This document shows, in pieces, positions 39,944-54,606 of a DNA stretch of 64,000 nucleotides. A program made the translations under genes and the position numbers. Under the pieces are notes generated by a model. That model had not been told where the DNA came from. It searched no databases and saw only the letters and a list, made by a program, of their open reading frames with translations. Origin of the DNA: Eledone cirrhosa (taxonomy: Eukaryota); the NCBI GenBank assembly GCA_964016885.1, contig OZ024740.1, positions 116,870,001-116,934,000 of the forward strand, given 5' to 3'. How positions within the stretch are numbered: position 1 is the stretch's first letter; the number at the start of each line of letters is the position of its first letter.

Positions 39944-42331
39944 CGCGCGCATGCGTGAGTGTGTGTGTGTGTGCGGTTGCTAGTATTTAAGAGTTGCACA
40001 TATCTCGGCAACAAATATTCTGAAACAGTTTCTAATGTTTGCATTAAAACAATTTTACTTCCCGTTATTGCTGTTGTTGTTATTGTTGTTTACTTCCAGG
40101 ATATAGTCCAATGAACAGACCTATGGTTAATGGCGTTCTAGCTATGACAATCCCTTAGCAGACTTGTCAACTCTTTCCGTCCGACGGAGAGATCTCTCAT
40201 CCACTTTGGGGTGGGTGAGAGATGTCTTCTCTTGTGAAAATGGGTTTAGGTTTCATTGTGTAAAATCTCCCCCATTTCTCCTCGCTTTGGGGCACGTTTA
40301 TTCATGGTACTCCCCGTTTGGGTTTTTAGAGGTTATCATGCTTGCCTTAGTTTTGTCAGGTAGTCTGTCCTGATTTAATGTTAGTAACATTTGATTTGGC
40401 GGAGATGTGCTAGTCCTTCTAACAGGCTGAGAGATAACGTAGATTCTCCGTTGTATTAGTATGTATGTGATTTGGTTGTAAGCTCAGCTTCCTCTCTAAC
40501 AATAATACTTTATGGAGCACTTTGAAATGGATGGAAACAGGACTGGAGAGAACTCAAGCAAGAGAAGAAGTCAATGTTTAATTTATATTAATATTAGATT
40601 AATCTTGTTGGACAATAATAGATTCTGGTTTGAATAGATCATTGAAATACACCCAACATTTCAAAGATGAAATACACTTTTTTAATGAACACTAAATCTT
40701 GAGCCACCTTTGTGTTAACCAGCCTCGCTGATCACCAACATCTTGAACCTCATCATTTATCACCAATATATTGATGTCCCTTTGAGTTTACCTGCAGGCT
40801 GAGCTTCCCCTATGTTCACAAACATATTGAGCCTCATCAATTATCCCTATGTTGGCTCCCTACCAATAACCTATCAATAACTTCATATAACCATCATATT
40901 GAAGCCTCCTCAATAATAACCAACCCCTCAGTGATTACCAATATCTTAAGCTTACTCAATGATCTTTCGTATAACTTTCACATGACTAAATATACAAGGC
41001 AATACGTGGTTACGTCAATGTGACAATAATATTATTGCTCATTTTAATTGTTATTCTTGTTACTACTGATACTGCTCATGTAAAGTAATATTCTATGAAG
41101 GCTAAACGTAAATGCTTAAAAAACGGAAGCATTTTTTTGATTTAGGCGCAGCGAAGTAAGACTGTTATTGGATAAGCTAAAACAAATTAACTTCAAATGC
41201 GTGTGATTCTCTTCTGTTTTTTTCTTCCCTTCTCTCCTAAACTCTCTTTCTCATGTTCACTCTTTCTTACTCTTTAACTTTCTCCCTCATTCCCTCGCTC
41301 TATTTTTTTCACACATAACAATTTTTATGAAAAAATAGTCACTATATCGCGTGTAGCTACCACCTTCTATGCTGAGGAATCACCACAATAAAGACAACAA
41401 CAATGTTAGTTAAATTTTGCCGAACACCTTAAGTAACGCTGGATAATTATCATTTGAAGGAGTAAAACTTCTCTGGAGAAAAACATGGTATTGAATAAAA
41501 AAACTTTGATAACGATATTTAGACATTCAATCCTCTGTCAAATGAAACACGTTTAATATAGCAGAAAATGCTGAGGAATTTGAATGCCAGTATGGATATG
41601 TAAAGTATATTCTTCACTACATCACTATTTTGATAACAAATCCCTCTGAAGTAGCTTTTGCTTGTCAGTTTTTTGGAGTCAATAAAATCTGAACCAGTTA
41701 CCAGTCACATACTACCCTCAATCCATCCAGCAATACTCGTAAACGAATCATCTGCCTTTGAACTTCCTAACCATGCTGCTTCCACTTGTTTTCAACAGGG
41801 ATATGTAGTAATCACAATAGTGTAGATCAGTATAAAATATGTCAAAGGAACAGCTGGCGAGTATGTATAGTCCTTCCGCTCTTTCCAACGGTTTCTGATA
41901 GTATCCATCTACAGGTACCAGGTGGACTGAATCAGTGTAAATTAATGTCACATTAACCACACTCACAAACACACACGCACACATATATATACACAAACAC
42001 ACACAAACACACACATATATATATCGAGAGAAAGATTTAATTTAAAAACCTTGGTTCTCTTCACTTTAAATATATATAAACCTCCCAGAGAATGACATGT
42101 GTCTGTGGAATGCTAAGCCACTTTCATATCAATTTCACACATAGGCTATTGCGTCATTCCCACAACTAGAACGCTTATCGTCGGAACTGACGGAACCCCC
42201 CCCCCACACACACATATATATATATATAATAAAATCATGCCTGAATAAATACAGGGATTGTAACCGGGACTGCACTTCTCAATATATATATATATGTATG
42301 TGGGTGTGTGTGTGTGTGTGTTTGTGTGTGT

Positions 42332-42418
<87 letters not shown>

Positions 42419-43080
42419 TATGCTTGTGCGTGTGTGTTTGTGTGAGTGTGGGGGCTGGGGGGTTGGAGGTGTATGTTCAATTTCCTGTTTCACTAAACCT
42501 TACATCTGTACCTAATTAAACTATTAAACTTACTCCCGTTAAAAAAAAGTATAACATTGAAAATGAAGTTTTATATATAACGATCTTCAGTTAAAGTTAA
42601 GTTACATGTTTGGAAATAAATATACTGTAACGAATTAATAATTTATTAGGAGGTTATTCTGACATTATATGGCTGGTTGTGTCAGGGCTAAATTCAAGGA
42701 ATTTAAATGATCAACATCACCTTTTTTTATTATTTTTCTCTGCATTTTTCTTCGTAAGTAATAAGATTTAAAACCTTTAACGATAAATTTCTTGTTCAAT
42801 GTAGAGCGACTTTGCATATTTATGTATGCATGCATTTATGTATGCATACGTATATATATATATATATATATACATATACGTATATATATATATATATACG
42901 TATATATATATATCTATATACATATATATACACACGCATATATATATATATATATATATATACACGTACATACACATGCATACATACATATATATATATT
43001 TACTCTCATTCTGAGGCAGTTTTGTATGGCGCCAGTTTGTAATTTTAACTCGGGAATTTTATATTCTCCGAGAGAGAAAA

Positions 43081-43161
43081 GCCTTCTGACGATGATCTCT
43101 TTCTCGTTGGAAATCCGCTTGGATTATCTATTTGCTTGGGATCTGAAACCGCGGTAAGGGC
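43081..43161 (+). ncRNA. Type I hammerhead ribozyme within (TA)n-flanked insertion 43000-43357
   Basis: gcctt-CTGACGA-tgatctc..gggatct-GAAA-ccgcgg-TA-agggc; palindromic stem III ACCGCGGT; stem II insert resembles that of the 693-nt family. Confidence 0.85.
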
Positions 43162-43357
43162 ACATATAGTAGGTACAGTGAATTTTTTGGAATTTAATTA
43201 TTTATTATTTTTAAAGATATTTTCTGTGTTTACACTCCCTTGATTTAATATGTTCTGGCTTGTTAATTTATTAAGTTGCCAATGAACCACACTGGCATAC
43301 GGTCAGACTATACTTGTGTCCCTGTGTGTATTAATTACATGTAGGAACACATACTTT

Positions 43358-43423
<66 letters not shown>

Positions 43424-43659
43424 GTGAGGTTTTTTTTACAAAATGAAAAATAACCGAGGTGTCTTAAACGAGTGAAAGTAAAAAGAAAAAAAGATGAAAT
43501 CGAAAATGCAACTGGAGTCTTATTTAAAAAAATATATATATATTTATTTGGTTCCTTTACCGGTTTCGCAGTTCTTCTGCTTTTCAAAAGTAGAGTTGAG
43601 ATGGAGGGTCTGTGGTTTTTCTATATATATATATGCATGTGTATGTATACATACATACA

Positions 43660-43695
<36 letters not shown>

Positions 43696-44245
43696 TATAT
43701 GTGTATGTGTGTGTGTGTGTGTTGGGAGAGTCATTATGCCAATAAAATACACACACCTGTCGAATTTTACTTGATGTATTATTATTACACATACATATGG
43801 GCAACATTGGTGTGGCGTGAAGAGATGAGACTGATATGCATGGGCGGCTGCTGGTCCTCCATATAAACCTTGCTCGGTTTTGTGCATTCTGACTTGCATA
43901 TACATTACCCAACTTGGAATGTATCTCCCTGCAATCCCATAAACCTATCGAAGATTTTTTTTATCGATTTTTATCGATTCATGAACTCTTGTGATGGGCC
44001 AGGTTAGTGTTCAACCTGTTTGTATATATCGAAGTTGTTGAATTATTGGGGCAACATGCTTTTGTTCGCCTTATTTTTGGTGTCACACTTCATTAACGTT
44101 TTGTGATCACTCTGGTTAAAAATGCATTAATTCTCACATCATTGAGTGTTTCATGACTGCCTCTTATAATTCGATGAGCATCTGCTACAGTGCGGCTTCA
44201 ACTTCGGTTATACTCATTATCATCATTATTATTATATATATACAT

Positions 44246-44433
44246 GGCGGTGGATTGGCAGTATCGGTAGAGGGTCGGACCCATGATTTGACGCATAGAG
44301 TTACGGCCCTTGCCATTCTGAGTTCAAATCCCGCCGAGGTTAACTTTGCCTTTCATCCTTACGGGGTCGATAAAATAAAGTACCAGTAATACACTGGATA
44401 ATTGCTGGCCTTGTGCCAAAAGTAGAAACAATT
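44246..44433 (+). mobile_element. SINE family A, full-length
   Basis: ggcggtggattggcagtatcggtag...gttcaaatccc...gtagaaacaatta. Confidence 0.9.
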
Positions 44434-44812
44434 ATCATATATATATATAACAAAGAGGGTGTGGTAAGATACCAGGGGGACCATAACGCACCAGAGTACT
44501 CGATACTTGGGGTAGTAGAGTGGGTAATATGAAATGATTCAGGATCTAGCTGTCGAAACGGAGCTCAGTCATCGGGGTCCTGAATCATTTCATATACATA
44601 TGTATATTTCATATGTGTATGTATATATATATATATATATATATTATTCAGAATATTAATAAATGAAGACATTCACATAATCAAAATATGTTTTATTATA
44701 TAAATTTCGAAGGTACTGTGCTGTATTTTCAGTACGTTCTTGTCAGATAAAATACATGAATTGATATATGACATACCTCAACTATCTTGATGGTTCAATT
44801 CCAGTATTGGCA

Positions 44813-44872
<60 letters not shown>

Positions 44873-45068
44873 TATATATAGGAACAAGTAAGACCCGACG
44901 GCTGAGTTCAAGCCGTTTCGACGGCTAATTCTGTACAGAATTAGCCGTCGAAACGGCTTGAGCTCAGCCGTCGGGGTCTTACTTGTTCCTATTACCCACT
45001 CTACTACCCTAAGTATTGAGTACTTTGGTGCGTTATGGTCCACCTGGTTCCTTACCACATTTCCTTCG

Positions 45069-45144
<76 letters not shown>

Positions 45145-45435
45145 ATAGAGGTGTAACACACGAGTTGTGATATATTAGTAAAAGGAAAAGAAAATGCTGA
45201 CAAATTGTTCCCAGTGAAAAATAGTTCAATTAGGAATAAGTATTGGTTAGTATTCAGTTTTAGTTTTAAGTTTTTACCGGTTGCGCATTTCTAATGCTTT
45301 TCAAAAATAATTTTGAGATAGAGCGCCCGTGATGTTTGCTCTAATCTGATCAGTTTTGGAAATTCTACCTATTTTCATTTCTAATTAAACTATTTTTCAC
45401 TGGGAACAATTTGCCACCATTTTCTTTTCCTTTTA

Positions 45436-45532
<97 letters not shown>

Positions 45533-45678
45533 ATACTTTGGGAGGGTCATGTTGCCAATAAGAAACACACGCACCAGTTGCTTTCACTTCAATTTATTAT
45601 AATAAATTTATAAATTTAGGAATTTATAAATTTCTGGTTGGTTGGTTGGTTCCACAACCAGATAGTTGTTTATATATT

Positions 45679-45721
45679 GTCAAAGTTCTTTCGTTACACA
45701 TTCTGTGACCTCTTCAGTGAC
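45679..45721 (-). ncRNA. Hammerhead ribozyme candidate in insertion 45526-45900
   Basis: gtca-CTGAAGA-ggtcacagaatgtgtaac-GAAA-gaac-TT-tgac. Confidence 0.65.
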
Positions 45722-45928
45722 TGGGGATTCTTTTCTTTGTTTTTGTGCCTCTCCTTTGTTCTGTCCTACGCCATTTTGTTTCTGTGTGTGTGTTGTGTGC
45801 TCAGTCTGCGCATGCGCCATATCCGGGTGTTTGTGTGTGTTTATATTCGTTTATTTATTTCTTTATTTACATGTTACCGGCTGGTTGTTTGTTCTATGAA
45901 ACGAAATATATATATATATATATATATA

Positions 45929-46199
45929 CAAAACTAAATTAAGGGAGTCATGTCTGAGAGACATGCACCATATCCACTGTAGAATATGCTCAAAGATTCT
46001 AATGAATAGATCCGAGCATTTTATATCAACTAGAAATTGATTGACATATATATATCTAAAATAAACATATGAAACAATCACAGGGGATAATTTGTAAAGT
46101 GTGTAAGCACACACAACTAGGTGTTTACAAATTATCCCCTGTGATTGTTTCATGTTTATTTTATATATATATATATATATGTCAATCAATTTCTAGTTG

Positions 46200-46204
<5 letters not shown>
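45929..46204 (-). mobile_element. Fold-back insertion in (TA)n
   Basis: 46022-46100 is the inverse of 46124-46204, with a unique left extension. Confidence 0.8.
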
Positions 46205-46252
<48 letters not shown>

Positions 46253-46367
46253 TGTAAAATACTGACAAGTGGTTTCGGCTGAAACCACTTGGCGCGGCGG
46301 TCGGGATTTTACAGAGAGAGAGAAGGAGAGAGAGAGAGAGAGAGAAAGGGGGCGGGGTAAATCACGC

Positions 46368-46635
46368 TTGGCGCTGCGGTCAAGGTTTTATGTATCTCCT
46401 CTTGCATCGAGTACTCACACGATTAGTGGTCTCCTCTGTCTCAGCAGCGTAGACTCTCTGTCTGTCCCTGTCTCTCTCTCTCTCTATATATATATACTGT
46501 ATATATATATTTATATTATATATATATAGTCTGTGATGCTGAGACAGAGGAGACCGCTAATCATGGCAGTATTCGATGCAGGGTTAGATGGAGAGTGAAT
46601 ATAGAGATATGTAAAATCACGACCGCCACGCCAAT
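46368..46635. mobile_element. Fold-back/MITE with microsatellite core
   Basis: Arms ttggcgctgcggtc..gattagtggtctcctctgtctcagca and tgctgagacagaggagaccgctaatc..gaccgccacgccaa; an extra terminus-like copy at 46288-46312. Confidence 0.65.
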
Positions 46636-46749
46636 CTCCAATAAACGTTTATCAGAGAATATGTATAGCTGTTGGATATGATGATTGTCTATGTTTGTTG
46701 AGTAGCTTATTTCTGTAAATACATACACACACACACACACACACAAACA

Positions 46750-46812
<63 letters not shown>

Positions 46813-46844
46813 ATATATGTGTGTACATGTGTGTGTGTGCATGC

Positions 46845-46898
<54 letters not shown>

Positions 46899-47582
46899 GT
46901 GTGTAAAGCGTTTATCAGTATTGGTGAGGCTGGCAGGCAAATATATACCTTTGAATTACAACCCCATTTGGATAGTTTTTATTTAATCGACTCACAGAAG
47001 GATGAAAGGGAATGATAAACAAGGATTATCAGTTTCTTAATTTCTCTTATTTTATTGATATATTCATTAAAGCAAAGTCCACGCCCACACCTAGGGGAAA
47101 AGATCTAGAACAAAGAAAATGGTGACGTTTGCAGAATGTTTTAACACTTGTATTCTGAAGATAAAGCATTCAAATACATCAATTCATACATACATAGATA
47201 CATACATACGCGCGTACAGACATACATACACACGTACACACATACATACATACACACGTACACACATATATAGATACATACATACATACCCATTTACACA
47301 CATAAACACATACATGATGGCTGCCCCCTCGTTATCAAGTATGGCCATTGCACATTATACCATTATTAATAATTATTAATTAATTCTATCGTGCAATGTT
47401 TGTGCGTGAAGATATTTTTTAAAGTGATGAAAGACTGTGCACTGAGCCAATCCCACTCTCTGAGCGACAGTAGCTATAAACCAGAAAGAAGAAAAGATCA
47501 ACATCATCGGTAACTACTGAACCGCAGGTTTTATATCGGAGTTATCCCAGTTTCCTGAGTATATAGATACATACATATAAAT

Positions 47583-48350
47583 GCACCAAGAAAGGTGCAA
47601 CCACCGGACTGTTCTGTGAAGTGGCCTTCTTCAGAGAGTTTTGTTTCAGACACGGCCATTACGTCCATGTTGTATCACTGTAGCTCTTTAGCTACCAGTA
47701 CTGATCTTCCTTCAGGACGTATTGGAGCAGACTGAGAATCTTGTAAGTTACCAACATTCCAACACCCAATATTTAAAGGCTTAAACTTGAAATTTCTCGC
47801 AGTAGCAGGATGACGACCCGTCCCAGGGTGCAGTGCCCAGGGACTCCTCCCGGGTTAGACCCTTCTATTATTCGTTCCAGAGCCCTTATTGCCACTGGTT
47901 TGAAATGTATTAGATCTCATCATTATGTCGTATTGCCTTTTTCAGCTACGGCCAGCCATGCCATGCAACGCAAAATGTGAAGCGATGCCTGTGCTTGAAG
48001 CATTTTTAAGTGAGGAAAGGCTTAGCACGGGGCCAATCACAATCTCTGAACATTGTATGCATCTGCTCAAAAAGAACTGGTCTACATTATTGGATGTAAA
48101 CGGGCGGTGGATTGGCAGTATCGGTAGAGGGTCGTACGCCATGCTTTCCAGCATAGTTACGTCCCTTTACGATCTGAGTTCAAATCCCGCCGAGGTTGAT
48201 TTTGCCTTTCATCCTTACGGGGTCTATAAAATAAAGTACCAGTAATGTACTGGGTAATTGCTGGCCTTGTGCCTAAAGTAGAAACAATTATTGGATGTAA
48301 ACGAAGTGACAGGTTTTACATCAAAGTGACCTCCTAGAGAAATGTCTTAA
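47583..48350 (-). mobile_element. Second RTE family: 5' UTR plus start of APE domain, interrupted by a SINE
   Basis: 47586-47815 minus: LNIGCWNVGNLQDS..RPEGRSVLVAKELQ*YNMDVMAVSETKLSEEGHFTEQSGGCTF. Right boundary approximate. Confidence 0.8.
48103..48290 (+). mobile_element. SINE family A with 17-bp TSD
   Basis: attattggatgtaaacg at 48086-48102 and 48287-48303. Confidence 0.95.
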
Positions 48351-49107
48351 TGATGACTAGGGGTCTCTCACTCCACTGCCTCTCTAAAAAACGTTAAGAG
48401 GTTAAAAAGTTAAAAAGTTATAAATGAAGTATATACTATAGTATGTACTACACTATACTAAACTTGATAGTTTGTACTATATTATACTATACTATACTTA
48501 TTAGTATCTACTATACTATACTTTCTCTAAGGATTTTAGTTACTTATGCAATCGCAAGCAATGAAAGAAACATTAACATCCCTCTAGGATGTGACAGCTG
48601 GAAGGAAAGAGTGCTGCAACGGTACATGGCTGCTAATTTCTGTTCTGTATTGACCTCGAATGAATATAAGGCAAAGGGGAATTCGACGGGATTTGAACTC
48701 ATAACGCAGAGATTCCAGAGTAATCTCCAATACGCTAACGATTCAAATACATACATCTTTCGAATACACTCTCACCAACGGACACACTCTTACACGCATA
48801 CACACGCTCACTCTCTCTCACACACACATATATAAATAAAGAGATTAGGGATGTGGTTACATATCAGTCCTCACATTATTCATCCAAATAGTGAGTGTTT
48901 ATGGTGGTGTTCATGTTGAGTGTTGTGACTGTTTATATTGTTCAGCTATAGAGTTTCTCAGATTAAGCAGAACTATTATCAAAGGTATTCCGTCTTTAGA
49001 ATAGCAGCATTTTATCTAACATGTAGTTTCCTCATTTTTGGGGTGGGTGGGTATGGTGGAAATTTGGGTTCTATTTCTAGCAGGTCGAGCAACAGCTTAA
49101 ATGCTCC

Positions 49108-49336
49108 TTGTAGTAGTAGTAGTTGTAGCAACAGCAGTAGCAGCAGTAGTAGTAGTAACAGTAGTAGTAGCAGCAGCTGAGGTGGTAGTAGTAGCAGTAG
49201 TAGTAGTAGTAGTAGCAGTAGCAGCAGTAGTAGTAGTAGTAATAGTAGTAGTAGTAACAGTAGTAGTAGCAGCATTTGAGGTAGTTGTAGTAGTAGTAGT
49301 AGTAGTAGTAGTAGTAACAGTAGAACCAGTAGTAGT

Positions 49337-49377
<41 letters not shown>

Positions 49378-49485
49378 AAGTAGTAGTAATAGTAGTAGTA
49401 ACAGTAGTAACAGTTGTAGTAGCAGCAGCAGCAGTAGTAGTAGTAGCATCATCATCATCATCATCATCAGTAGTAGTAGTAACAG
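49108..49485. repeat. Compound trinucleotide repeat (GTA/GCA/ATC)
   Basis: Visible directly; explains the poly-L/T/V ORFs. Confidence 0.95.
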
Positions 49486-50377
49486 CGATTTGTGGCATTC
49501 CGCTAAGCATTCTTTGCCATCCAGCCGATCATGATGAAATCTCTGAGAATGTCTGGAATTCGTTGTCCACTTAATAAAACGATAGAAGCCAGTGAACGGC
49601 GGCAACAAGAAGAACAACAAGAAAAAGATGCACAACAAAAATTCAGTATTATTGTATTTTTTTTACTCGTTATTTACTTATCTTATTAACCCTATATCAC
49701 CCAACTAATTGCCAATAAGATTGTCAGACCCCCAACTATCTCCATTCACCCAAATCGACACCAGTTAACATCAACAGGTGCAATCTTCATGGAACATATA
49801 TCTTCATAACATTTTTTCCTCTTCAAACTTATTTTCACATCTTTATTTTTTACTAATTTTTCCATTGGTTTTACCTTTTTCTTTCTTTATTTCTTTCTTT
49901 CTCTCTTTTTTTCTTTTATTTCGAATTGGGTTTTATTTGCTATCACGCATTTGTTTTTCTGCCTTATTCTACTTTTGATTTAATGGTCATTCTTTATTTT
50001 CATAGTAGTTGTTTGCGTTTTTATATATTATATATTCTTATTTGCTACCAGAGGTTGTTGATGCAGATAAGTCGTAAGTCAGCCCTGATTAGGCAGGCAT
50101 GTACTAATTGACAGAGTTTCCAGCTCTGATTACCACGTCATTAAACACAAAAAACAAAAGAAAACAAAAAAAAATAAAATAAAAAGATATTGTATATCTT
50201 GAAGCACAGTATTTTAATGTAAGGTGTGATTTGAAGGAGGATTAGTTTGGATACAACTTCCAACATGGCGAGTAAGTATATAGTGACTCCCTCATTGTCC
50301 AATGTATTTTAATAAAGTACCGATGACACAAGGTGTTCTAAATGTCATCTTGAATTAGGACATGTCTTTTTTTTTTA

Positions 50378-51105
50378 TTTACGGTCTGAGTTCAAATCCC
50401 GCCGAGGTTAACTTTGCCTTTCATCCTTACAGGGTCGATAAAATAAAGTACTGGGAAAATTGCGGGCCTTGTGTCAAAAGTAGAAACAATTATTATAGTT
50501 CAGTATTAGGGCGGTAGATTGGCAGTATTGGTAGAGAGTCGGACACCATGCTTTGCAGCACAGAGTTACGGTCCTTTACGGTGTGAGTTCAAATCCCGCC
50601 GAGGTTAACTTTGCCTTTCATCCTTACGGGGTCGATAAAATAAAGTACCAGTAACGCACTGGGGTCTGGTCGATTTAATCGACTTTCCTCTACCACCAAA
50701 TTACTGGCCTATACTAGAAATCATTATTACAGTTCAGTGGATTGGTAGTATCGGTGGAGGGTCGGACGCCATGCTTTCCAGCATAGTTACGTCCCTTTAC
50801 GATCTGAGTTCAAATCCTGCCGAGGTTAACTTTGCCTTTCATCCTTACGGGGTCGATAAAATAAAGTACCAGTAATGTACTGGGTAATAGCTGTCCTTGT
50901 GCCAATAGTAGAAACAATTATTATAGTTCAATATCGGTAATGGGTCGGACGCCATGCTTTGATGCATTGAGTTACGGCACTTGCCATTCTGAGTTCAAAT
51001 CCCGCCGAGGTTAACTTTGCCGGGGTCGATAAAATAAAGTACCAGTAATGCACTGGGTAATTGCTGGCCTTGTGCCAAAAGTAGAAACAATTATTATAGT
51101 TCAGT
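50378..51105 (+). mobile_element. Array of four head-to-tail SINE family A copies
   Basis: Each copy is followed by attatta(t/c)agttca. Confidence 0.9.
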
Positions 51106-54100
51106 ATGGGTGTATATGTCGAGGGAATACTCAGACAGTTGCACGTTAATTTCACAGCTGTTCGTTGATCGAAGAACTGAAACACTCATCATTCAAACTG
51201 ACGGAGGCCATTCCATTTCTACCCAACAGCAGTTGATACTATAAAAGCTAACAACACGCTTTTACTTGAGCATCATACCACAGATTCATTGGCAAAGAAA
51301 ACTGAGATGTTAGTTCTTCAATCGCTATTCGTGAAATCAACTTACTGAAAGTCTATCATCTCCTTGAGGTAACTACCGTAAAGTATTTAGACTATTTTCA
51401 ACGCGTTCAGTTGACAGAAATAATTGGGCACATGAGCAAATGATGTACAGATTTTAGTTGTCTCCCTTTATATTCCACCGGTGTAAACTTTGCTTTTCAT
51501 CATTCCAGGATCGATAAAAATAAGTATTAGTCATGAGTATATGTATCGATGGAGTCGCAGAAGCGCTGGTGGCGCCAGAGTGACATACAGCGTGCGTGTC
51601 TTTGGCATTCATTATAAAACCTGGTGGAGCCAATTCCCTCTCTTCGTTTGAAAACAGCCAATTTCTTTCAGAGAAGGATAGAGGGTATAATAGAAAAGCA
51701 GCAAAAAAGAGACATAGAAGAAGAATCGACCTCAGTACTAGATTGGTACTTTTATCTGCTTCAAAAGGATGAGAGGTTAAGTTGGTGGGATTTGAACTGA
51801 GAGAGCAGAGAACCGAAACGAATACTGCGAAGTATTCTATTCGACATTCTAACGGCTCTGCCAAATCACCACTTAATAGTCATACTGGTGTTATTTCATT
51901 CAATTATATCCATCCGCTGCAAATGTGTGGACATTGTAAGCAGCACGTGTTTACGGCCTCAAGTAAGGAAAGGTCCCGTAGAGTTCATTTCCAGTATAGT
52001 ACATGGAAGGTGCTTTTTAAAGATATTACAATATATGAGTGTATCATATACAGTGTTTTGGGTTTCTCCATGTCTTAAACCGGCTCTGTTTATAAGAAGT
52101 AAATATCTATACTATTTAGTGTATACTTTTGGGCTATTCACAAGGGCCATATAGTTCAGGGTTAGTAGAAGTAGTATATGCTGGCGCCGGTTTCATTATC
52201 TTTGAGAAGTGGTTCATAAATTGGGTTCCGATGAAAACCGGAGTTCCGCAGGATAAGGTGTTGTGTTTTTTAAAGAAGATTTAATAAAAACGTGTTAATA
52301 TATTTTTCATATAAATAAGCTCCCTCTCACAAATGAAATGAGACAACCTCAGTCAAGATATGAAACCGGTTGCAAGTTTCGTCGTGCACATAAATTACCA
52401 CACACTCTATGACGTTCGATTGGCACTATTTCGATCATTTTAATTGCTGTTAGCCGCATTTTGGGAATTAATTTTGTGCTGAATTAATTACTAAAACTGT
52501 TTAGTAATCCATGCACCAATGCGGATAGAGTAAATAGCTTAACATTTCGGCGATCAGAGGTATCCATCCACGGGATACCAGCCCTATTGATTTAAGTGGG
52601 TTATATCGATTCCACGTACTCGAATACTCCAGATGAAATGTAAAGTTGATTTGGATGGGATTTGATCGCAGAAAGTAGAGGATCGTAACTAAATACTCTT
52701 TAACGATTCTATCAATCTACCACGCACGTGCTCGAACACAGTTGAAGTTATCAACTCTATCTTTACGAGAAGAGATATACATATTTTCTCTGTTATGATA
52801 TGTATGCATTTTTGTGCAGTGTAGAACACTAGTCTATTATTTCATTGATAACAATTTTGTGTTAGTTTTTGACATAATAATTTTAGTTTGGTCTAGGTCA
52901 CCAGACATCATACATTTGTTTAATCTAATGATGGTATCTTTTTTGTTTACTTGACTAATATTTTCTCTTATTCTCTCATTATTTTTTCTATCTATCTACC
53001 TATCTATCAATCTAGCTATGTTCTATCTATTTTTCTATCTATCTATCTCTTTCTGTCTCTCTTTCCTACCTATCTATCTATCCGGTTGTCTGCCTCTATG
53101 AATGTATACACGTAGTGTGCTAGATGTATGTGTATGTAAATTCATCATCATGTGTGCATATGTGGGTTTGTTCGTGTGTGTGTTCGTGTGTATATGTATT
53201 TCAAAATGTGTCGCCACAATGGACATGACTATAAATAATAGTACCCTGGAGGCAGAAAGAAGTGAATAGAGACCTAACCGGGAAATCGAACCACGCTTCT
53301 GTTGTGAGTCATGTGAGAGTCTTTAACCATTACTCCAACGGGGCATTATACACCCACATATACACATACGCACATATGAAAACTTAAAGATAGGAGGATC
53401 ACGATTGATTACAAAGTTCCCTTTACGAAATTGAAAAGGTCGGTACCAGTAATATACAATGTTCAGGTTGCTTACTAAAACAATAAAATGGAAATATATA
53501 TAACTGAGTAAAAAAATGTTTAACTGATAAAATAACCCGAAGTTCCATGCACACCCACTTGCAGATGCAGATATATGCATACAAACATATAAACACATAT
53601 ATCAGTGTATATTTGTCATATTATCTTTTGTTTTATCTTAAACACATTTCCAGTATTTACTTTATTGTATTAACTTCCTTCTTTTAAATATACAAAAAAA
53701 AAAAAGAACAAAAATATGATAAAAGAAGTGTAAGAACTCTTCCTGTGTAAATCAATTTCACATTAAATATCTTCAATTAAATCTGTTTTGTAACATTTCT
53801 CTGTTGTAACATTTAATGTCATGGGTTCAATTCCTGGACTGGGTTGTGCGTTGTATTTTTGAGCAAAACACTTCATTTCTCGTTACTACAGTATACTCAG
53901 CTGAAAATAAATACTAGCAATAGCTGAGGGTTTAACCTTTCGATGATAGGCGTCCTGTCTAAAGAGTTGTCTTGTACTCTCAGTCACTTGACGCCATGAA
54001 ACCGGAATAAACACCGGGCTCGTGACAGACGTTAGACTTTATAACTCTCCATTTTCATTTACAACTTTGTAAACCACACTTTAGTTTAAAACCAATGGGA

Positions 54101-54270
54101 ATTCACTTTAGATAGACATAGAAATATATCTTGCGTAATGAAAATACTCAGAATACACAAAACTATATTCTCGTTCTGGTGACGCCTTTCTTATTTCACA
54201 ACAATAAGATTCCTTATACCCAGTTTATTACTTTCATATACGAACAAGGAAGACAAACAGCCTACTAACA

Positions 54271-54341
<71 letters not shown>

Positions 54342-54606
54342 GTAAAAAAGTAAACAGAAATAACAACACAAAAGGACGCAATACAATAAATACATAAAAG
54401 CACACACACACACACACACTCTCAATCATACCACAACCGTCCAAAAGAGTGTGAAATAATAAATGAAATGTTTTACAGAATAATTAATATTTAGATAAAT
54501 ATTAAAAATGATGTTTCAAAAGATACTGATGAAAATAATACAAAGTTGAAATGAAGATACATATATGACAATGTATGTATGTATGTATGTATGTATGTAT
54601 GTATGT

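Noticed and set aside
49012-49638. Long ORFs as possible Mox exon 1 or a mucin-like gene
   Set aside because: Open in several frames on both strands only because of trinucleotide repeats.
50378-51105. Repeat-spacer appearance (CRISPR-like) or tRNA gene cluster
   Set aside because: The units are SINE copies separated by TSDs; no cloverleaf and no cas genes, in a eukaryotic context.
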